Positions 26,739 through 36,657 are shown, counted from the stretch's first letter. The stretch is DNA of 64,000 nt from Candidatus Binatia bacterium (GCA_026415395.1 JAOAHD010000003.1:135195-199194), one strand, 5' to 3'. Numbers and translations: made by a program. Notes: generated by a model not told the origin, from the letters alone.

Positions 26739-28003
26739 TTGTAGGAGTCAACCACCACTGGGCTCCTGTTGAGGTGCGGGAACGCTTGGCGATCCAAGCA
26801 GAGGACGTTGCCGAGTTTTTAGGCTCGCTGGTGCAGTCGCCTGCAGTGGAGGAAGCGGCGCTACTTTCAACCTGTAACCGCGTGGAGGTCCTTGTGGTCA
26901 CTAGGGATGGGGAGGAGGCGGTCGCAGCCGTCACTGAGCGGCTGGCCTCCGTAGGGCAGTGCCCACGGGAGGAACTCAACGACAAATTGTTTCAGTATCG
27001 AGGCAGGGAAGCGGTTCGTCACCTGTTCCGCGTGGCGGCGAGTTTGGACTCTCTGGTCGTCGGAGAACCGCAGATTTTGGGTCAGGTGAAGGAATCGTAC
27101 CGCAGCGCGTCTGCGGCTGGGACGATCGGCGTTATATTACATCGCTGTTTCCACAAAGCGTTTGCGGTTGCCAAACGCGTTCGTACCCGCACCGGGATTG
27201 CCAGTCGGGCAGTGTCTGTGAGCTCGGCGGCGGTTGAGCTTGCTTCGAAGGTGTTCGATCGCCTTGATGACAAGACAGGCCTGCTGATCGGTGCCGGCAC
27301 GATTGGAGAATTAGCGGCACGGCACCTTTTGTCGCACGGCTTGCGGAGCTTGTTGGTCGTCAATCGCAGCTTTGAGCGCGCCGTGGCCGTGGCGAAGCAG
27401 TTTGGGGCCACTCCCGTGCCTTTCGAGGAATTGACGCAGGCTCTGGTGTGGTCGGACCTCGTGATCGGCGCAACCGCTGCCCAGGATTTTATCTTAACCG
27501 CGGATGCCATCCGTCAGATCTTACGGCAGCGAAAATTCCGCCCCCTTTTTTTGATCGATTTGAGCGTGCCCCGGAACTTCGAGCCGAAGATTAACCAGAT
27601 TGACCAAGTGTACCTGTTCGACATCGATGATTTAGCCCTCGTCGCCGAACAAAACCGCGAGCAGCGCGCTGAGGAAGCTGAGCGCGCCCAGTGGATTGTT
27701 GATGCGGAAGTGGATGCTTTTATGCGGTGGCTCCAATCGTTGCAGGTTGTGCCCACCATTGTCGCTTTGCGACATAGGTTCGAAGCCCTCCGTCAACAAG
27801 AGTTAGAACGTTTCTTGGTGAGCCACCCCGGGCTTGATCCGCGGTTGCGTCAGGAAATGATTGTATTTTCTCAATCGTTAGTCGCCAAACTCTTGCATGC
27901 TCCTCTCACTCAGCTCAAGCGTGCCGCTAGTAAAGAGGAGAGACTCTACTTGGCTGCCGCGCGAAAATTATTCCAACTGGATGAAGGCGAGGGCGATCAG
28001 TGA
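26720..28003 (+). CDS. hemA: Glutamyl-tRNA reductase
   Basis: MEPQLLIVGVNHHWAPVEVRE...STCNRVEVLVV (catalytic Cys motif). NADPH-binding LLIGAGTIGELAARHL. The ATG at 26720 is supported; the ORF track's 26435 start is an upstream over-extension. Confidence 0.92.
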   Translation: MEPQLLIVGVNHHWAPVEVRERLAIQAEDVAEFLGSLVQSPAVEEAALLSTCNRVEVLVVTRDGEEAVAAVTERLASVGQCPREELNDKLFQYRGREAVRHLFRVAASLDSLVVGEPQILGQVKESYRSASAAGTIGVILHRCFHKAFAVAKRVRTRTGIASRAVSVSSAAVELASKVFDRLDDKTGLLIGAGTIGELAARHLLSHGLRSLLVVNRSFERAVAVAKQFGATPVPFEELTQALVWSDLVIGATAAQDFILTADAIRQILRQRKFRPLFLIDLSVPRNFEPKINQIDQVYLFDIDDLALVAEQNREQRAEEAERAQWIVDAEVDAFMRWLQSLQVVPTIVALRHRFEALRQQELERFLVSHPGLDPRLRQEMIVFSQSLVAKLLHAPLTQLKRAASKEERLYLAAARKLFQLDEGEGDQ

Positions 28004-28926
28004 GCGTTCGCGTGCGCATCGCGACTCGTGGCAGCAGGCTGGCGCTGACACAAAGCGAATCCGTTGCACAGCTCATCCGCCAGGCCAGGCCGGAATGGAC
28101 GGTTGAGTTGGTTTCCGTGCGAACTGCGGGGGACCGTTTTGTGAACCGACCGCTCAGCGAAATTGGCGGCAAAGGCTTGTTTGTGAAAGAAATCGAAGAG
28201 GTGTTGCTTCGCGGCGAGGCCGAGTGCGCTGTGCATTCCGCGAAAGATCTGCCGGCGCGTCTGACAGAGCGGCTGGTGATTGCAGCCGTCCCTCCTCGTG
28301 CAGACGTGGAAGATGTACTCGTAACCCCTCAGGGACACGCTCTCCATGAACTTCCTCCGGGTTGTACCCTTGGTACCAGTAGCCCACGGCGGGCCGCATT
28401 ACTTCGTTGGTTACGCCCCGACGTACAGGTTGTTCCTCTGCGTGGCAACGTGGAAACGAGATTGGAGAAGATGACGCGAGGCGAAGTGGACGGAGTTCTT
28501 TTAGCCTTGGCAGGGTTACGCCGTTTGGGAATCTCGAATTTGGGAATGGTACGATTAAATCCAGCGTTCTTTCTTCCAGCAGTCGGCCAAGGCGCTTTGG
28601 TGGTCGAGACAAGGGCCGACGTTTGGGCAGAGCAATTGCGTTTTCTCCACGACGCTGTTGCCGGCTTTGCGTTGGCGGCGGAGAGGGCTTTCCTCAGCAC
28701 TATCGGAGGAACTTGCCATACGTCTGTCGGGACGTACAGCATTGTCGAGGACGGAAACATCACGCTGCACGGTGTGGTGGCCGACCCGAACGGACACCAA
28801 ATTGTGCGTGGCGTTTGTAAGGGAACCCTAAAGGAAGCGACAAGCGTGGGCATGGCGCTAGGCCACCAGCTCCTTGCCTGCGGGGCGTCTCAGATCCTTG
28901 CGGGGGATCGGCCGAGCTCAAAGTGA
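28000..28926 (+). CDS. hemC: Hydroxymethylbilane synthase (porphobilinogen deaminase)
   Basis: VRIATRGSRLALTQSESV N-terminus, dipyrromethane-cofactor Cys region, 308 aa. A GTGA overlap with the hemA stop. Confidence 0.92.
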   Translation: MSVRVRIATRGSRLALTQSESVAQLIRQARPEWTVELVSVRTAGDRFVNRPLSEIGGKGLFVKEIEEVLLRGEAECAVHSAKDLPARLTERLVIAAVPPRADVEDVLVTPQGHALHELPPGCTLGTSSPRRAALLRWLRPDVQVVPLRGNVETRLEKMTRGEVDGVLLALAGLRRLGISNLGMVRLNPAFFLPAVGQGALVVETRADVWAEQLRFLHDAVAGFALAAERAFLSTIGGTCHTSVGTYSIVEDGNITLHGVVADPNGHQIVRGVCKGTLKEATSVGMALGHQLLACGASQILAGDRPSSK

Positions 28927-28936
28927 GGGGGAAGCC

Positions 28937-30472
28937 ATGCGCGGCAAAATTGCCCTCGTAGGAGCTGGCCCGGGCGATGTCGGACTGATTACGTTGCGAG
29001 GACTAGAATGGATTCGCCGTGCCGACGTGATTGTGTACGATTACCTGGTTAATCCGAGTTTGCTCGACTGGGTAAAACCCGGCGCCGAATTGATCCTCGC
29101 GGGAAAGCACGGCGGAGGCTCGCGGGTCGAACAAGGTGAGATCACGAAAATCCTCGTAACGCAGGCGAAGGCTGGCAAAACGGTAGTGCGCCTCAAAGGA
29201 GGCGATCCTTTCGTGTTTGGCCGCGGAGGTGAAGAGGCGGAAGCAGCAAGAGATGCAGGTGTAGAATTCGAAGTTGTTCCCGGTGTGACGTCCGCCTTAG
29301 CCGTCCCGGCCTATGCGGGGATTCCCGTGACGCATCGCGAGCTCTCTTCTTCGATCGTGATTGCCACCGGTTATGAATACCCTAATAAGCCTCAGCTCGC
29401 TGTACCCTGGCAGCATCTCGGACATCGCAGCCAAACCCTGGTCTTGCTGATGACCCAGCGGCAACTCCGCAAAAATATTGAGCGGCTATTGGCGATAGGT
29501 CGTGAGCCGGACACTCCGGTCGCAGTGATCCAGTGGGGGACACGCGCGCGCCAGCGGACGGTCGTTGGCGTTCTGGGTGATATTGCGGATCAGGTAGAGG
29601 CAGCAGGACTTCGGCCCCCGGTTGTAGCCGTGATTGGCGATGTCGTGCAGCTGCGTCATCGGCTAAGCTGGTTTGAAAAGAAACCCTTGTTTGGCAAAAC
29701 GGTCCTGATTACGCGGCCGAGGTTGGAGGCCAAAGAGCTTGCCGATCAGTTTCGTGACTTGGGTGCCGAGGCGATCGTGTTTCCAACCATTGAAATCGTT
29801 CCTCCTGAATCCTTCGATGCGCTCGACGGCGCATTGGCAACCCCCGGCCGGTTCAACTGGGTCGTCTTTACGAGCGCGAATGGCGTCCGGGCCTTTGTTG
29901 ATCGGCTGCGCGCTTTGCGCCGAGACATCCGCGAGTGGCACCACGCTCGAATCGCGGCGATCGGACCGCAGACAGCGAAGACGGTGGAACGTTTCGCACT
30001 GCGGGTGGATGTCGTAGCGTCTGACTACCGAGCGGAGGGGCTGGTGCAGGTGTTCGCTAGTTTAGGTGTGCGGGGGCAGTCTTTTCTGCTTCCGCGCGCG
30101 GCGGGTGCGCGCGCGGTGTTGCCGGAAAGTTTAGTTGCCTTGGGGGCCGAGGTCGTGGAGGTCGAAGCCTACCGCAGTGTAGTTCCCTGCGCCGTGAATG
30201 CTCCACTCGTAGCCGACGCGGTTCGCTACAAAGCAGTTGATCTCGTGATTTTTACAAGCTCGAGCACCGTGCGTCACTTTGTGCAGCTGGTCTTTGAACA
30301 ACAAGGTGTCCCCGTGCAGGGACTGCCGGTAGCGTGTATCGGGCCGGTGACGAGCGAGACGGCACGCAATTACGGGATGGATGTTCGAGTCGAACCCGAG
30401 AAATTCACCGTGCCGGCACTTGTGGATGCCGTAGTGCGCTACTTTGGCAGTAGTTCGAAAGGAGAGTGCTGA
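28937..30472 (+). CDS. cobA-hemD: Bifunctional uroporphyrinogen-III C-methyltransferase (CobA/SUMT) / uroporphyrinogen-III synthase (HemD)
   Basis: N-terminal SUMT motif [35 protein letters not shown]. The C-terminal half is HemD-like. Shine-Dalgarno GAGGGGGAAG before the ATG at 28937. Confidence 0.9.
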   Translation: MRGKIALVGAGPGDVGLITLRGLEWIRRADVIVYDYLVNPSLLDWVKPGAELILAGKHGGGSRVEQGEITKILVTQAKAGKTVVRLKGGDPFVFGRGGEEAEAARDAGVEFEVVPGVTSALAVPAYAGIPVTHRELSSSIVIATGYEYPNKPQLAVPWQHLGHRSQTLVLLMTQRQLRKNIERLLAIGREPDTPVAVIQWGTRARQRTVVGVLGDIADQVEAAGLRPPVVAVIGDVVQLRHRLSWFEKKPLFGKTVLITRPRLEAKELADQFRDLGAEAIVFPTIEIVPPESFDALDGALATPGRFNWVVFTSANGVRAFVDRLRALRRDIREWHHARIAAIGPQTAKTVERFALRVDVVASDYRAEGLVQVFASLGVRGQSFLLPRAAGARAVLPESLVALGAEVVEVEAYRSVVPCAVNAPLVADAVRYKAVDLVIFTSSSTVRHFVQLVFEQQGVPVQGLPVACIGPVTSETARNYGMDVRVEPEKFTVPALVDAVVRYFGSSSKGEC

Positions 30473-31449
30473 TGCCTTTTCCAGAGGTTCGAATGCGTCG
30501 ACTGCGGCGCGCAGAGGGGCTCCGTCGACTCGTCAGAGAGGCGACGGTGGCTGTTGATGATTTGGTTCAGCCTCTTTTTGTTGCCCCTGGCCGTGGCGTG
30601 ACCCAGCCGGTACAGAGCATGTCTGGTGTGGCGCGGTTGTCTGTTGACCGTGCCGTTGAAGAGTGCCGCCGAATCGTGGACCTGGGAATTCCAGCGGTCA
30701 TTTTATTTGGAATCCCAGAATTTAAGGATGCAACCGGGTCTAGCGCGTGGCGTGAAGACGGTGTCGTCCAGCAAGCCGTGAGGGCGATTAAACGTGACGT
30801 CCCGGATCTGGTCGTGATCACGGATGTTTGCCTGTGCGAGTACACGGACCACGGCCATTGCGGCGTGGTCGCGGGGACAGATGTGGATAACGACGCTACC
30901 CTTGACCTGCTGGCAAAAACGGCGGTTTCTCATGCGCAGGCCGGTGCAGACATGGTTGCTCCTTCCGACATGATGGATGGACGAATTGCCGCCATCCGAG
31001 AAGCATTGGACTCCGAGGGTTTTGAACACATTCCGATTCTTTCTTACGCCGCCAAGTTTGCCTCGGCGTTCTATGGCCCGTTTCGGGAGGCCGCAGGCTC
31101 GGCGCCTGCCTTTGGTGATCGCCGAACTTATCAAATGGACCCGGCAAACGGGAACGAGGCGCTGCGCGAAGTTGAGCTCGACTTAGACGAGGGCGCCGAC
31201 GTCGTAATGGTCAAACCGGCTATGCCCTACTTGGATGTCGTATGGAGGGTCAAAGAGGCCTTTGGCTGTCCGGTGGCCGCCTACCAGGTGAGCGGCGAGT
31301 ACGCGATGATCCAGGCACTCGTGCAATCGGGTTTGGTCGATGAGAAGCGGGCAATTTTAGAGAGCCTCATCGCAATTCGGCGTGCAGGGGCGGATTTCAT
31401 CCTCACGTACTTCGCTGCGAAGGTAGCTGCGTGGCTGCGGTCCTCTTAG
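30472..31449 (+). CDS. hemB: Porphobilinogen synthase (delta-aminolevulinic acid dehydratase)
   Basis: [23 protein letters not shown], active-site Lys regions and a metal-binding Cys cluster [14 protein letters not shown]. Start overlaps the cobA-hemD stop. Confidence 0.92.
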   Translation: MPFPEVRMRRLRRAEGLRRLVREATVAVDDLVQPLFVAPGRGVTQPVQSMSGVARLSVDRAVEECRRIVDLGIPAVILFGIPEFKDATGSSAWREDGVVQQAVRAIKRDVPDLVVITDVCLCEYTDHGHCGVVAGTDVDNDATLDLLAKTAVSHAQAGADMVAPSDMMDGRIAAIREALDSEGFEHIPILSYAAKFASAFYGPFREAAGSAPAFGDRRTYQMDPANGNEALREVELDLDEGADVVMVKPAMPYLDVVWRVKEAFGCPVAAYQVSGEYAMIQALVQSGLVDEKRAILESLIAIRRAGADFILTYFAAKVAAWLRSS

Positions 31450-31577
31450 GAATAGCGAAAATCGAGAAGTAGATTTCCGCGCGCGGAAACCAGCTTGCCG
31501 CTTCTTGGCAGGTGCGACTAAGCTTTGCTAGCTTTTGTAACTAGCTTACTTGATTAATAAGGAGGAGGTTCTACTGA

Positions 31578-31796
31578 GTGAGTCGTGAGGATCTAATTCA
31601 GATTGAAGGCACCGTGAAGGAAGTTCTCGCAGGCGGTCAATTCTTAGTGGAATCCGACAAAGGGCAAAAGTTCATAGCGAAGATTGGTGGGCGCATGCGT
31701 CGTTATCACATCCGCGTCATCCCCGGGGACCGCGTGACTGTGGCTGTTTCCCCTTATGACCCTTCGCATGGCCTGATTATGTACCGGAGCAGCTAG
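31578..31796 (+). CDS. infA: Translation initiation factor IF-1
   Basis: 72 aa, an S1-like fold sequence (IQIEGTVKEVLAGGQFLVESDKGQKFIAKIGGRMRRYHIRVIPGDRVTVAVSPYD). Shine-Dalgarno GGAGGAGG 9 nt before a GTG start. Confidence 0.9.
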   Translation: MSREDLIQIEGTVKEVLAGGQFLVESDKGQKFIAKIGGRMRRYHIRVIPGDRVTVAVSPYDPSHGLIMYRSS

Positions 31797-32316
31797 AATC
31801 CATCGGGGTTGCTATTCGCACTGCGCGGCGCGTTAGCTGGCCATCCAAAGCCGGGCGATGTGGCGCGGTTTGCCAAACCGTGTCGCCGGGAATTAGGTTG
31901 GCTGCCCTCTTTTACCGAGGGCCCGTTTACTCAGGACTCCCTCAAAAGGTACAGTTCTGCAGATAAGCTGTAGGCTTGGAGGCCAACTGCTTGGCATTTC
32001 GAGCCTCCGAATCTTTCCGCGCAACATCCATTGGTAGGTGGCTGAGCACCATCGGGAGGCTCCCCGATGCCCGACCGCCTTTCATGCAAGATGCCCTGCT
32101 GGCAGAGCTAGTTTGCGGGCTCTGTTCCTGTCTTCCTGGTGGTGGTTCGCAGGTCAGTGCGGAGTTGTCGCTTGACGGGTGGCGCGCTGGTCATCTGTTC
32201 GGCTCCTCCGTGCGCTTGCCCGTCTGAAGTGGGTTCCGCGTGTGCGCGGTATGTCCTTCGAGCGATCGTGATTTGGCGACGGGTATGCCCTTGGAGTCGA
32301 AACAGTTTTCTCGTGC

Positions 32317-34185
32317 TTGTGTCAAATCTTAGCTGTTACAATGCCGGTGATGAGATCTGCGACCCGGGCGGCCCGAGCGTACCGTCGAGAACTGGAAATC
32401 TTGATGATCCGGCGTCAATTCGCGGGATTTTGGGTGGGGTGCGGCTTCGTTGGGCTGTTTGCGATTTTGGAGTCGCGCTTTTTTCCGGAGCGGATCCCTT
32501 ACCTAGCTGCATGGCTGCTTGGCGCTGCTTCGCCGATGCTGTTGGTTTTGTGGCTGCGCCGAGTTTTACTGCGACGGTTCATGGTATCCTGGGCAACGGC
32601 AGTTGCCCTCGGGGTTACGCTGCTCACTTTGGTCGGCTACGCGGCAACCGTGGGGGCTGACTCTGCCGTTACTGGGGCGCAAGTGATGGTCGGGTTGCTC
32701 GTCGCTGCCGTGGTTTTCCCATGGCCGGCAGCGTGTCAGCTTGCGGCAGGGCTTCCGCCCTTGGTGGCCTATGGTTGGCTGGCTTGGATCCAACCTTCTG
32801 TCGCACCTGCTCCTTACATCCTTGCTGTTGTAGGCACGGCGGTTGCCGCATCTGTTTTAGTGGCGCGCCACCTTGACCTACAGCGTTGGGCGATTTTTCG
32901 CGAGTCACGGGCGCGGGACGAAGCGATGGTCGTTACCCGCTCTCTGCTGAAGATGGCCCGTGAGCTGGGCTCGGCGGTGGACCCGCGAGTGGTTCTCGAC
33001 CGTATCGTTCACCGCGCGAGGGCACTGTTGCATGCCGACTGGTGTGTAATTCTACTCCGTGCACCGGACACGACGACGTTTCGCATCGCGGCGGGCTCTG
33101 CTCTACGGTTGGATCTCTTGGAGGAGGCAACAGGCCTCGAGTTTAGGATCGAGGACTACCCTACCCTGCACGGGCTTTCGGATCCCGCCACGCTTGTGGA
33201 AGTCTCTAGGCGAAATCCACCGGATGCTCGGTGGAGGGCGTTGATGCGATACTTCCGAACACGCGCCATGGTGGTTGCACCAATGGACCTGAGTGACCGT
33301 GTCATTGGTCTGCTGGCCGTTGGTCGCGGTGCGACCGATGAAGGCTTTCCTCCGCGTGACCACCGCATCTTACAAGGCATCGCCCGACAAGCGGCTATTG
33401 CATTGGAAAACGCCCGTTTGTTTTCCGATCTCGAGAAGGCCAATCGCTTAAAGTCAGAATTTGTCGCGACCATGTCTCATGAGTTGCGCACGCCTCTAAA
33501 CATTGTCATCGGTTACGCCGACCTCCTTGCGGAACATGCGTTTGGCCCAGTCCCCGAGGCAGCGGCGGAGCCCCTCGAACGCATCCGTGAGCAAGGTCGC
33601 GAACTGTTGCAGTTGATCGACGCGACCTTGGACGTCAACCGGCTCGAATCAGGAAACGTCGCTCTTGACATCACTGAGGAGCGATTGAGCAAGTTCATGG
33701 CTGGACTCACGGAGCAGCTCCTGCGTTTACCTCGGGCAGCGGCCGTCGAATTTAAAGCCATGGTCCTCGCCGACGGTTGGGTGCGCACGGACGTTAATAA
33801 GGTGGCCATTATTCTGAAAAACCTAGTGGGGAATGCACTGAAATTCACTAGCGAGGGAGAGGTTCGCCTAGAAGCGGCGGTGCTCAATAGTGGCACCGTC
33901 CGATTTGTCGTGGAGGACACCGGTCCAGGGATTCCGGAAGCGGAACAGGAGAGGGTCTTTGATATGTTTTACCAAGTCCAACGCCCGGGGGAGCTTCCGC
34001 GAGGCGTGGGGCTTGGCTTGTACATCGTTCGCCAGTTTGTTTCGCTCGTGGGCGGGACGGTTGCATTGCGAAGCGAAGAGCGGAAGGGCACGACATTTGT
34101 TGTTGAAATCCCAGCGGCACGCCGCGTCACTGAGGCCTCCACGCATCCCGAATCGACGCGTCCCGAGCTGGTGCGGCACGATTAA
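32317..34185 (+). CDS. Membrane sensor histidine kinase (multi-transmembrane N-terminus, GAF domain, HisKA, HATPase_c); orphan
   Basis: H-box FVATMSHELRTPLNIVIGYADLL. N/G boxes GNALKFTSEGEVRL...EDTGPGIPEAEQERVFDMF...GVGLGLYIVRQFV. A GAF-like segment before the H-box. The exact start is uncertain. Confidence 0.8.
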   Translation: MCQILAVTMPVMRSATRAARAYRRELEILMIRRQFAGFWVGCGFVGLFAILESRFFPERIPYLAAWLLGAASPMLLVLWLRRVLLRRFMVSWATAVALGVTLLTLVGYAATVGADSAVTGAQVMVGLLVAAVVFPWPAACQLAAGLPPLVAYGWLAWIQPSVAPAPYILAVVGTAVAASVLVARHLDLQRWAIFRESRARDEAMVVTRSLLKMARELGSAVDPRVVLDRIVHRARALLHADWCVILLRAPDTTTFRIAAGSALRLDLLEEATGLEFRIEDYPTLHGLSDPATLVEVSRRNPPDARWRALMRYFRTRAMVVAPMDLSDRVIGLLAVGRGATDEGFPPRDHRILQGIARQAAIALENARLFSDLEKANRLKSEFVATMSHELRTPLNIVIGYADLLAEHAFGPVPEAAAEPLERIREQGRELLQLIDATLDVNRLESGNVALDITEERLSKFMAGLTEQLLRLPRAAAVEFKAMVLADGWVRTDVNKVAIILKNLVGNALKFTSEGEVRLEAAVLNSGTVRFVVEDTGPGIPEAEQERVFDMFYQVQRPGELPRGVGLGLYIVRQFVSLVGGTVALRSEERKGTTFVVEIPAARRVTEASTHPESTRPELVRHD

Positions 34186-34414
34186 GGTGCGAGGTTAGGC
34201 TTTGTGCGTGCGAGCACCGCCTTCTCTGACAAGCAGAGGGACGGTTTGGACTGCCCCAGGCGAGAGCGTTTTGCAGCGTTCAGGCTCGATTTACGGAGAG
34301 GTCCGACAAACGTGTCAGCGTTGGCGAGGAGACGCGGAGCTTCCACGAAATTGCTGGCGTTTCCCGCTTTGTTGCGACGACAGCCCCCGAGGGTAACGGT
34401 GCTCTGTGTTGTAG

Positions 34415-34858
34415 CTACTTTTTTCGACGGGCGCCCGGGGGAGACGCTTGAAGCTTGGCTGCTCGCTTTTGTTTTGTTGCCCGTGCTTTGGTGGTGGCGG
34501 CCGGAGACTTACCCGACTTCCTCGCCGTTGAGGCTCTTCCGGATGAGCCTGTTTTTCGGTGCTGTCCAATCTTCGGCACCGTAGCCCGTTTGGCTTTGGG
34601 CTCCCTTTGACTGGTCCGACCTTCGGCTTGGGGGAGAACCTGGTATTTCACCTTGCTTGCTAACTGCCCGAAAAGAATGCTCAGCATGTTAGCATCTCGG
34701 CTCGCCAAAGCATCGTTGAGCCTCTGAGAGTGGTCCTCGAGATATGTAAGCGCGTAGCGGCGCCCCCCCACCTCGACCGTATCTGGCACCCGCTCCTTAG
34801 TACGGATGATACGAACAATTTCCTGAAGGATCTCTTTGTCGAGGGGCGTGGTGGTCAA
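34415..34858 (-). CDS. Small DNA-binding-like protein: an approximately 90-aa N-terminal domain plus a Lys/Ala/Thr/Arg-rich histone H1-like C-terminal tail
   Basis: The C-terminal 60 aa read KAKRATVPKIGQHRKTGSSGRASTARKSGKSPAATTKARATKQKRAAKLQASPPGARRKK, strongly basic low complexity typical of H1/Hc1/AlgP-like nucleoid proteins. The N-terminal domain is not recognised. Confidence 0.45.
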   Translation of the reverse strand: MTTTPLDKEILQEIVRIIRTKERVPDTVEVGGRRYALTYLEDHSQRLNDALASRDANMLSILFGQLASKVKYQVLPQAEGRTSQREPKAKRATVPKIGQHRKTGSSGRASTARKSGKSPAATTKARATKQKRAAKLQASPPGARRKK

Positions 34859-35057
34859 CCTCAGGTCTCCCTTTCACCGCGGCAGTTGCCGCATCGCCGC
34901 AATCCGATAGCATGAAATTCAAGGCAACGAAAGCAAAAAGATCCTGTTCGGGTTTTGGCCTGCCCCCGGTCCCGTACCTCTCACGGAAGCCTCGATGGAG
35001 GGTGTTCAGGGTTGTCTAGCGTCCGCCTTTCGTGAGGTACCCCCTGCCTGAGCGCGC

Positions 35058-35480
35058 TCAAGAGTGTCCTGGGCGCCGTTCAAGCTCTTCTTGCTCCGCC
35101 TTACAGTTGACGCAGAAAGTGGTCACCGGGCGGACCCGAAGCCGATTGAATCCGATCGGTGCATCGCAAGATTCGCAATATCCGTACTCGCCCGACTCGA
35201 TACGGCCGAGTGCTTCGTCGATTTTAGACAGCAGTTTCCGCTCGCGGTCCCGGACACGCAACAGCGCGATGTGATCTGCCTCAATGGATGCGCGGTCGCT
35301 CGGGTCGGGCGTATTGACCGTGTTGGCATTGAGTCCCCCAACAGTCTTCGTGGCTTCCGCGAGAATTTCCGCCCGGCGTTGTAGCAACAATTCCCGCAGC
35401 ACCGCAATTTGCTCTGCGGTCAACGAACCGCTCATCCTTTCGGCTGGCACGGGCTGACTCCGTACCACTGCGAGCGGCAA
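35058..35480 (-). CDS. dksA: RNA polymerase-binding transcription factor DksA (DksA/TraR C4 zinc finger)
   Basis: C-terminal CESCDAPIGFNRLRVRPVTTFCVNCK four-Cys zinc finger preceded by a coiled-coil region. 140 aa. Confidence 0.85.
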   Translation of the reverse strand: MPLAVVRSQPVPAERMSGSLTAEQIAVLRELLLQRRAEILAEATKTVGGLNANTVNTPDPSDRASIEADHIALLRVRDRERKLLSKIDEALGRIESGEYGYCESCDAPIGFNRLRVRPVTTFCVNCKAEQEELERRPGHS

Positions 35481-35493
35481 CAGTAAAGCGGAA

Positions 35494-36657
35494 CTAAGAC
35501 GCTAAGCTCGCGACCGCGGATCGAGCGTGCCGCCGCGCCCATTGGTCCGCTTCGAGAACACGGTCCAAACTAGAGACCTCTCTCGGTTCATGTGCGTGAA
35601 GCACTGCCTCAACGATTTCAGGAATGTCCACGAAACGAATGCTGCGGGAAAGGAAAGCCGCAACCGCCTCTTCGTTGGCAGCATTAAGCACGGCGGGCGC
35701 CGTTCCCCCGCGCGCCAGTGCCTCATATGCAAGTTGCAGACATGGGAACCGCTCAGGATCCGGCGACTCAAACTGAAGATGCCCAGCGCGCGCTAAGTCG
35801 AGGCGGGGGAGGTAATCGAGTGGGAGCCGGTCGGGATAACCGAGTACGTAGGCAATCGGAATCGACATGTCGGGGATGCCGAGCTGCGCCAGCAAGGATC
35901 CGTCTTGGTACTCGACAAAAGAATGGACGATGCTTTGTGGGTGAATGACAACGTCAATGCGCTCTCGTTCGAGGCCAAAAAGCCAGTGTGCCTCGATCAC
36001 CTCCAGCCCTTTGTTCATCAGCGTCGCCGAGTCGACGGTAATTTTGGCCCCCATTTTCCATGTCGGATGCTGCAGTGCCTGGTCCGGAGTCACGTGCACA
36101 AGTTCCTCCTTGGGTGTTCGCAAAAAGGGGCCGCCCGAGGCGGTTAAGATGATCCTGCGCACGTGTTCGGGGCGGTGTCCTCGGAGCGCCTGAAAAATTG
36201 CATTGTGCTCGCTGTCGATCGGCCACAGTGTTGCTCCCGTTTCTTTTGCGGCTCGGGTCACCAGAGGACCGGCAGCGACCAGTACCTCTTTGTTCGCTAA
36301 TGCGACTGCCTTTCCGAGTTGCACCGCCCGCAGCGTGGGGACGAGCCCAACTGCGCCGACCAGCGCAGAAACGACAAGCTCTGCCTCAGGCGCCGTGGCG
36401 CACAATTCAAGCCCTGATGGACCATGGACGACCTTGCCTCGAAAGTCCGGAAACCGCTGCCGAAATTCGTCTGCAGCGTCTTCAGACCCGACGGCAACGA
36501 GTCTGGGCTGAAACTTCCGTGCCTGGTCGACGAGTCGCTCCACGCGCGTCCCAGCCGCTAGGGCAACGACGCGAAACTTGTCGGGAAAACGACTGACCAC
36601 GTCAAGCGTCGTCGTCCCGATGGATCCTGTCGAACCAAGAATGCTGATTTGCTTCAT
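35494..36657 (-). CDS. dxr: 1-deoxy-D-xylulose 5-phosphate reductoisomerase
   Basis: MKQISILGSTGSIGTTTLDVV N-terminal NADPH motif, conserved core (NKEVLVAAG, DSEHNAIFQ). 387 aa. Confidence 0.92.
   Translation of the reverse strand: MKQISILGSTGSIGTTTLDVVSRFPDKFRVVALAAGTRVERLVDQARKFQPRLVAVGSEDAADEFRQRFPDFRGKVVHGPSGLELCATAPEAELVVSALVGAVGLVPTLRAVQLGKAVALANKEVLVAAGPLVTRAAKETGATLWPIDSEHNAIFQALRGHRPEHVRRIILTASGGPFLRTPKEELVHVTPDQALQHPTWKMGAKITVDSATLMNKGLEVIEAHWLFGLERERIDVVIHPQSIVHSFVEYQDGSLLAQLGIPDMSIPIAYVLGYPDRLPLDYLPRLDLARAGHLQFESPDPERFPCLQLAYEALARGGTAPAVLNAANEEAVAAFLSRSIRFVDIPEIVEAVLHAHEPREVSSLDRVLEADQWARRHARSAVASLAS

Noticed and set aside
32139-32660. 173-aa ORF overlapping the start of the histidine kinase
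   Set aside because: It is in a different frame from the well-supported kinase, has no motifs, and is Arg/Cys-rich. It is likely spurious. It does leave the exact kinase start uncertain.
34400-34425. GTAGCTAC palindrome followed by TTTTTT, resembling a terminator
   Set aside because: The T-run is the antisense of the Lys codons at the C-terminus of the H1-like protein. The stem is too short to be a rho-independent terminator.
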